DNA of 42,753 nucleotides from Phoronis australis. Taxonomy: Eukaryota > Animalia > Phoronida. The DNA lies in NCBI GenBank assembly GCA_002633005.1, contig NMRA01001178.1, positions 1 to 42,753 on the forward strand. The letters are read 5' to 3'. The notes beneath the pieces were generated by a model. It did not search any database. It saw nothing but the letters and a program-made list of their open reading frames with translations, and was not told the DNA's origin. A program made the translations under genes and the position numbers. Positions 37,660-42,753 of the stretch are shown one piece after another; the stretch's first letter is position 1, and every line of letters starts with the position of its first letter.

Positions 37660-38671
37660 TTAAGAGAAGTGCTCTCTGGGTAAGTACTCGGAATATACAT
37701 TTGGATTTTTGTATTTAGGTTTGTGTATGCAATACCTACAATGTACAATACGTGATATTGATTGATTGCTTGAAAAATTGCGAAAATTTTCATTGTGCTT
37801 AGCTGGTACATGAACTCTTAATTTCGCACCGGGATTAAGTTTTACAGCAACACTGATACGATCAAAACATTTTTTGATTCATTTTCACAATTTACGGTTT
37901 GACCAGCATACGGCTGCCATTAGTTTTTGAAACCGTAACATTCTCCTAAGTGTCAAATCATACGGAAAATCAAACATTTCCATTGAAAATCCTCCGGAAC
38001 AGTGAATACAAAAATAAAAAAAAAAATTACCAAACTTTATGTACTTGAGCCAACACCGAAATCAACTTGCCTTTACTCATCAACTGTACTATTTTGATTG
38101 TTTTTCTTCGTCCTGTTTTTACACCAAACTTACGCCAGATCATACCGCTTTTTTATGTTAACAAGACAGCAATCAAGTTCCGATTAAGTGCCAAAATACA
38201 TTGTCCAAAAAGCCCAGTGGGAACAAAAAAGACTTGAAGAAATTGTTGTTTCCAAAATGCACCAAGGGCGTTGTACAGGAAACTTCTGTTACCTAAAGTA
38301 TAGTGTATAAACCAGATAGTAAAGCGTTACATTGATAAAGCACACAAGCACATTACCTTTTGAAGTTGAATTTTTATGCTTGTCACAGCCGTACTTTTTC
38401 CCGGTAATTTCAGTGCCTGAAATTAAATTGATCGTGTACTACATACGGTGTAAACAAACCTAGTGAACTGTATCGGAAAGGCTGTGCACATAGGTATATT
38501 TCCACAAAACTATAACAAGACATCATTAAAAATATACATATTTTGGAATCAGAAGACGATATTTTAGTTTTGGAGTTGATATCTATACATAATATAACTA
38601 AATTTCTTTTGACATAAATAAACACGTGAAATCTTAATAACTCCGCGATAGCTTGTTTGTGAGCTTTTTAT

Positions 38672-40040
38672 AACAAGAGCAACGCAGAGCGTTGAAATGC
38701 GCCCACAATTGCACCGTATACGGTATCCTTCTAGGGTTGTTTATTGGTACCATAAAGTGGCCAGTAGAGGGCATATATGGAGTATGTTGTACTTTGCAAA
38801 ATGGAAAGGCATGGTCATTGTCTCCTCAATAGGCTAGGGGCAAAATGTGAGTGATCTTCATAATACAAGCACATCCTATACATCAGTTGCTTAAAGCACC
38901 ACAGAAACATAGAATTAAAAACAAATTTACCAACATACGAGATTAGTACAGCATTAGAATGCCAGAAACAAATTTCTACTTGGAACTTTTCCTTCATAGT
39001 CACGAAGTAACACAAAGTATACACCAGTAATGCAGTAGTAGACAGACACATGTGGAAAGCAATGAGTTAAAATTAGCATAGACTATACCTACTACCTTAA
39101 GTACTTACTAAGTACTAGAAAAGGACAGGTAGACATGAAAAAAACAAAATGACAACAGACATTTGATGCAAACTCGTATTGCTGAACCCTTGATTAACGG
39201 CATAAGCTGAAAGGGAACTTCACTGCTTAGCTGTGAGAACGAATTAGCTTGAATACAAGTACACCTTCCAAGCTATCTGGTAATTCCACGATTCAAAATC
39301 ACAATAACATGACACAAAACACTTGAAAAATAATAGAAATAGACATGTCTGAGCATACATACCTCACAATTTTTCAATAAAAATCATTTATCGCCAGCAC
39401 TGTACAAGTACATCAACAGACACCAAGAGTCGTCATCGTCTGTTGTTAACATCATATAAATACACTTATCGAATTCCGTAAAGATCCTGCGAACGGTTGA
39501 GGAGATACAGCTATAGGCGCAAAAAAAACTGCCGCTAGGAGGCGCCAAAGTAGTCCAAATCGTCTGAAAATCATTGTCAGCTGTCCTCTTTATAGTAAGC
39601 ACATACATGCCAATTTTCACAATCATCCTTTGAGCGGTTTGGTTGATAGAGGGGTGGACGCAAAGATAAAGACTCTAAAACAGTAAAAATGGCCACTAGG
39701 TGGCGCAAACTACGTTGAATCCATCCGAAAACGGGTGGATAGCGTCATCTCACTAATAGGTGCCTACATACCAAATTTCATGAAAATCCGTTCAGGACTT
39801 TTGAAGATACAAAGGTAAGCGTAAAAAGGTAAAATTGCCACTAGGGGCCACACCAGTAGTCGGATTCGTCCGAAAGTTGGCATGTGCCGTCCCATTCATG
39901 AATGGAACATATGTGCTAAATTTCATGAAGGTATGTCAAAGGGTTTTGGAGATAAAGCAGCGGACGCCGGACGCCGGACGGACGCCGCCCGGACGGACGG
40001 ACGGACGGAGATGACATATAAATATGTGGGCGCATAAAAA
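38672..40040 (-). mobile_element. Non-autonomous Helentron-type element (second family) with (CGGA)n and ~150-160-bp repeats
   Basis: 5' TTTTT-ATGCGCCCACA (40025-40040); CGGA microsatellite 39961-40008; 3' subTIR (38697-38707), hairpin CAACGC-aga-GCGTTG (38680-38694) and CTTGTT end. Confidence 0.7.
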
Positions 40041-40402
40041 TCATAAAAATCTCAATTTTAGATAATAACTCATGCAAAAAGAAGAAATTTTAACAGCTGT
40101 TCTAAACAGCTAAGAGTGGTTAAATGCCAGATCATGAGAATCGTTTTTGTGGATTTTTCCCACAATTTATTTGACTCAACAAATCTCTTAAAGTTGAATC
40201 CGAGCTTAAGTTTGCTAAATGTTGACATCATCCAGACTTACTCGTTATCTAACTAAAGGTATTGGTAATGTGAATTGCTGATTGGGTTTTAACGCATTTT
40301 TGGTGTAACGCATTTTTAAAGCACACATAACAAGCATCGGAACAATATTTTCCGAAATTTCGATGTTTGTCAGGAAATTCATTACGTTGTGACGTCACAT
40401 AC

Positions 40403-41164
40403 CAACAATAATGATGTCTTGGGGGAGACATTCTTTCTGAAGTTGCTCAGTCAATTTCTTTTGCAAGTCAACCGCGCTCTTTAATTTTCCCTTCAATTCA
40501 GCGTTTTCTTTTTCTAAAGCCGACATGTTGCTTTGTGATAAGTCTTTCAATCTTGATAGCTCTGCTTTGAGTCGATCATTTTCTTCATTTTTGGCTTCAG
40601 CGTAAGTAACTTCTCTGGGTTCCTTTTTAAAGTACGACAACTCTGTCTTGAGTCGAGCTATTTCTTCATCTTTGTCGTCTGTTCCATTTGCTCCTTCCTG
40701 TCTTATTCTCTTTAAATCGGCTTCTAGTTTTTGTTTTTCTTTCTTAAGCTTATCCAGTTGTCCCAGCAAAGATTCTTTTGTGCGATCACTGTTTTCCTTC
40801 AGCTGCTGAAATTCCAGTTCTTTAGCATCAAGTTGATGACGCACTTCTTCTTTACACCGTAGCGCTTTTTGGAAGGCCTTTTCAGATGTTTCTTTTTCAG
40901 CAATGTGTTCTTTAACTATAAGCTTATGTTGCTGCACGTCTGACTCCAGTCTTTTAACATCATCTTCAAGTTTTGCAGTTTTTTCCTTCAACGCACGATT
41001 GTCTCTTTCCAAGAATTCTTTTTCAGAACTTTCGTTTAGTAGTCTGTCTAGTTCTTTGTCTTTTTCACTTAATTCAGTAACCATCAGTTGCATCTTTCTT
41101 TTAAGACTGTCGGCATTGTGCGAGTCTAGCGTTGATTCGGCGTCTTTAACTTCAATACCTTGTC
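40403..41164 (-). CDS. Large internal exon encoding a long E/K-rich coiled coil (254 codons)
   Basis: Acceptor tttatttctag, donor TTG|GTATGT; 762 bp, phase 1-1; frame fully open, with heptad-like L/E/K composition. Confidence 0.8.
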
Positions 41165-41484
41165 CTAGAAATAAACTCTGCAGTCGTAAAAACAGCCATG
41201 TTCATCAAATGTTTTGATCGTAACGTTTCACACCACTTTGAATGATTACTGTTTTTTGTACTGGTAAAATCAAAATTAAAGCTGCAACACTCATTCCAAT
41301 TCATTAGAACCCAGCGGAACTTAATTAGCTTCAAAATGTATCCAGGATAACCAGGAAATCGTGATTGAACCAAACACAATACCGAAAACAGCTGACTTAA
41401 CTTTTAGCATAGTCCCTACTATGGTTAAAATTTGTAGACCACAAACACTAAAACTTATTCGTGTATCCATGTACGACGCCTTAA

Positions 41485-41677
41485 AGAGTTTTCACCATGA
41501 CCCTGTGTCTCAAAAGAAATTTCATTAATACATCTTAAGAGATTGAAAAGCCTTTAGTACACTTGTTGTAAAGAAAGAAGTCAAAAATAAAAGTATATAT
41601 TTTCCTGTCATCGGGTTTGTACGCAATGGGTGGAAGACCGTCTCCGCCGTTGTTTTTACCAGTGCGATATTGAGGAG
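41485..41677 (+). mobile_element. Kolobok-like left end (family B), interrupted by an LTR element
   Basis: TTAA|AGAGTT...; colinear with 5205-5405 up to TGAGGAG, where the LTR begins. Confidence 0.65.
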
Positions 41678-41816
41678 TGTAATGTAGTTACTTTAGTTGA
41701 CCCTAGAGGCCGCTCTTTGTATAACACACAAGTTGATGACGTAGTGATAAGTAGTGTCAAGTTTACTAATCAGATAATAAATCGTTATCAAAGAAATCAC
41801 CTTTACATACAGTACA
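41678..41816 (+). mobile_element. 5' LTR (139 bp) of a Ty3/Gypsy retrotransposon
   Basis: TGTAATGTA...TACAGTACA inverted termini; AATAAA at 41776; directly followed by a PBS. Confidence 0.8.
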
Positions 41817-41817
41817 A

Positions 41818-41830
41818 TGGCGACGAGGAT
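41818..41830 (+). promoter_or_regulatory. Primer-binding site, tRNA-Ser(GCT)-type
   Basis: TGGCGACGAGGAT, one base after the LTR end, complementary to a tRNA 3' end ...AUCCUCGUCGCCA. Confidence 0.8.
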
Positions 41831-42112
41831 CGAAACGGACTCATTGCATATACTGCACATACATCAGGGACATTTCTGATGTGGGTGAGCCAAATATCAG
41901 ATTTCAAAAACGTTGACTTTAGTCGTTAAACTTACTGGAAAATTCCACCCTCGCTGTCGCGTGCAAAAAATACAGGGTGGACGGAAACGCGTATATGTGA
42001 CACTGTAGTGACGTGTGTGTACATATGGCACGGACTTTGTGAATAATTCAAGTACAGGGTGCGTCGAAATACAACGATCACCAAAGCTACCAGTGACATA
42101 AAATAGCACAAA

Positions 42113-42753
42113 ATGGTCGTTTCTTTGCCCCGCTATCCCGAGTTCGATGTAAATGATGACCCCACCATCACTTCCCAATGGGAGGAATGGTTGGNAATGG
42201 CCGTTTCTTTGCCCCGCTATCCCGAGTTCGATGTAAATGATGACCCCACCATCACTTCCCAATGGGAGGAATGGTTGGAAGGGTTTGAGGCTATGATAAA
42301 AGCCATGAAAATTAAAGAACAAGGTGAAATGCGTGACATGTTGATATATTATATTGGCAGCAAAGGAAGGAAACTGATCAAAAACTTACCTGACTCTGGA
42401 ACACCCGGGCAGTCAAGTGAATACAACAAACTGCATGATGCATTGAATAAATATTTTACACCAAAGCTTAACAGAATGTACTTGATGAACATGCTACATC
42501 AGATAACCCAAGGACCATCGGAGTCAATAGACAATTTCTACATGCGAGTTACAGACAAAGTATCAGTAATTAAATTGGAGGATCTTTCAAGAATGACATA
42601 CATGTAATAGAGCTCATAAAACTCGCCCAGATGGTTAACAACTGCAAGAACCCAGAAGTGAAGAAAAAGGGAATTCGTGATGGGCTGTCTCTGGCGAAAT
42701 TTTTAGAAGCAGCACGAGCCAATGAACAAATAGGCGTTCAAATNAGAGGGCTG
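42113..42753 (+). pseudogene. gag: Gypsy gag (capsid-like), frameshifted at ~42600, runs off the window
   Basis: PEFD..WEEWLEGFE..LIYYIG..YFTPKLN..QGPSESIDNFYMR; continues in another frame as IELIKLAQMVNNCKNPEVKKKGIRDGLSLAKFLEAARANEQ. Confidence 0.8.

Noticed and set aside
40903-41217. Ser-rich plus-strand ORF
   Set aside because: Antisense shadow of the coiled-coil exon.
42112-42278. 83-bp tandem duplication at the gag start
   Set aside because: The two copies differ at one base and are separated by a single N, typical of an unmerged contig or haplotype overlap.

Overview
AT-rich, repeat-dense eukaryotic DNA, most likely from a marine invertebrate (inferred from the transposon repertoire), with small assembly gaps. 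The host content lies on the minus strand. A spliced gene missed by the ORF track encodes a von Willebrand factor A (vWA) domain with an intact MIDAS site: exons 16413-16443, 16006-16125, 15061-15183, 6385-6459 and 1236-1354, with no 3' end identified. There is also a 762-bp coiled-coil exon (40403-41164) and a few less certain exons. The remainder is layered mobile DNA: several Kolobok-type (TTAA) elements carrying THAP or KolX/P2X7-ballast-like ORFs; three non-autonomous Helentron-type loci with internal satellite arrays, one containing CTCF-like motifs; the 5' LTR, PBS and gag of a Gypsy element nested in a Kolobok end; and decayed Penelope, Academ and DIRS/Ngaro fragments, tRNA-derived SINEs, MITEs and microsatellites. 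The most unusual signals are an over-represented TACATGTA palindrome whose exact removal restores the gag frame, complementary Kolobok halves that suggest a convergent THAP-transposase/KolX architecture, and repeat-bounded segments that may carry captured exons. All calls come from manual reading; no searches were run.
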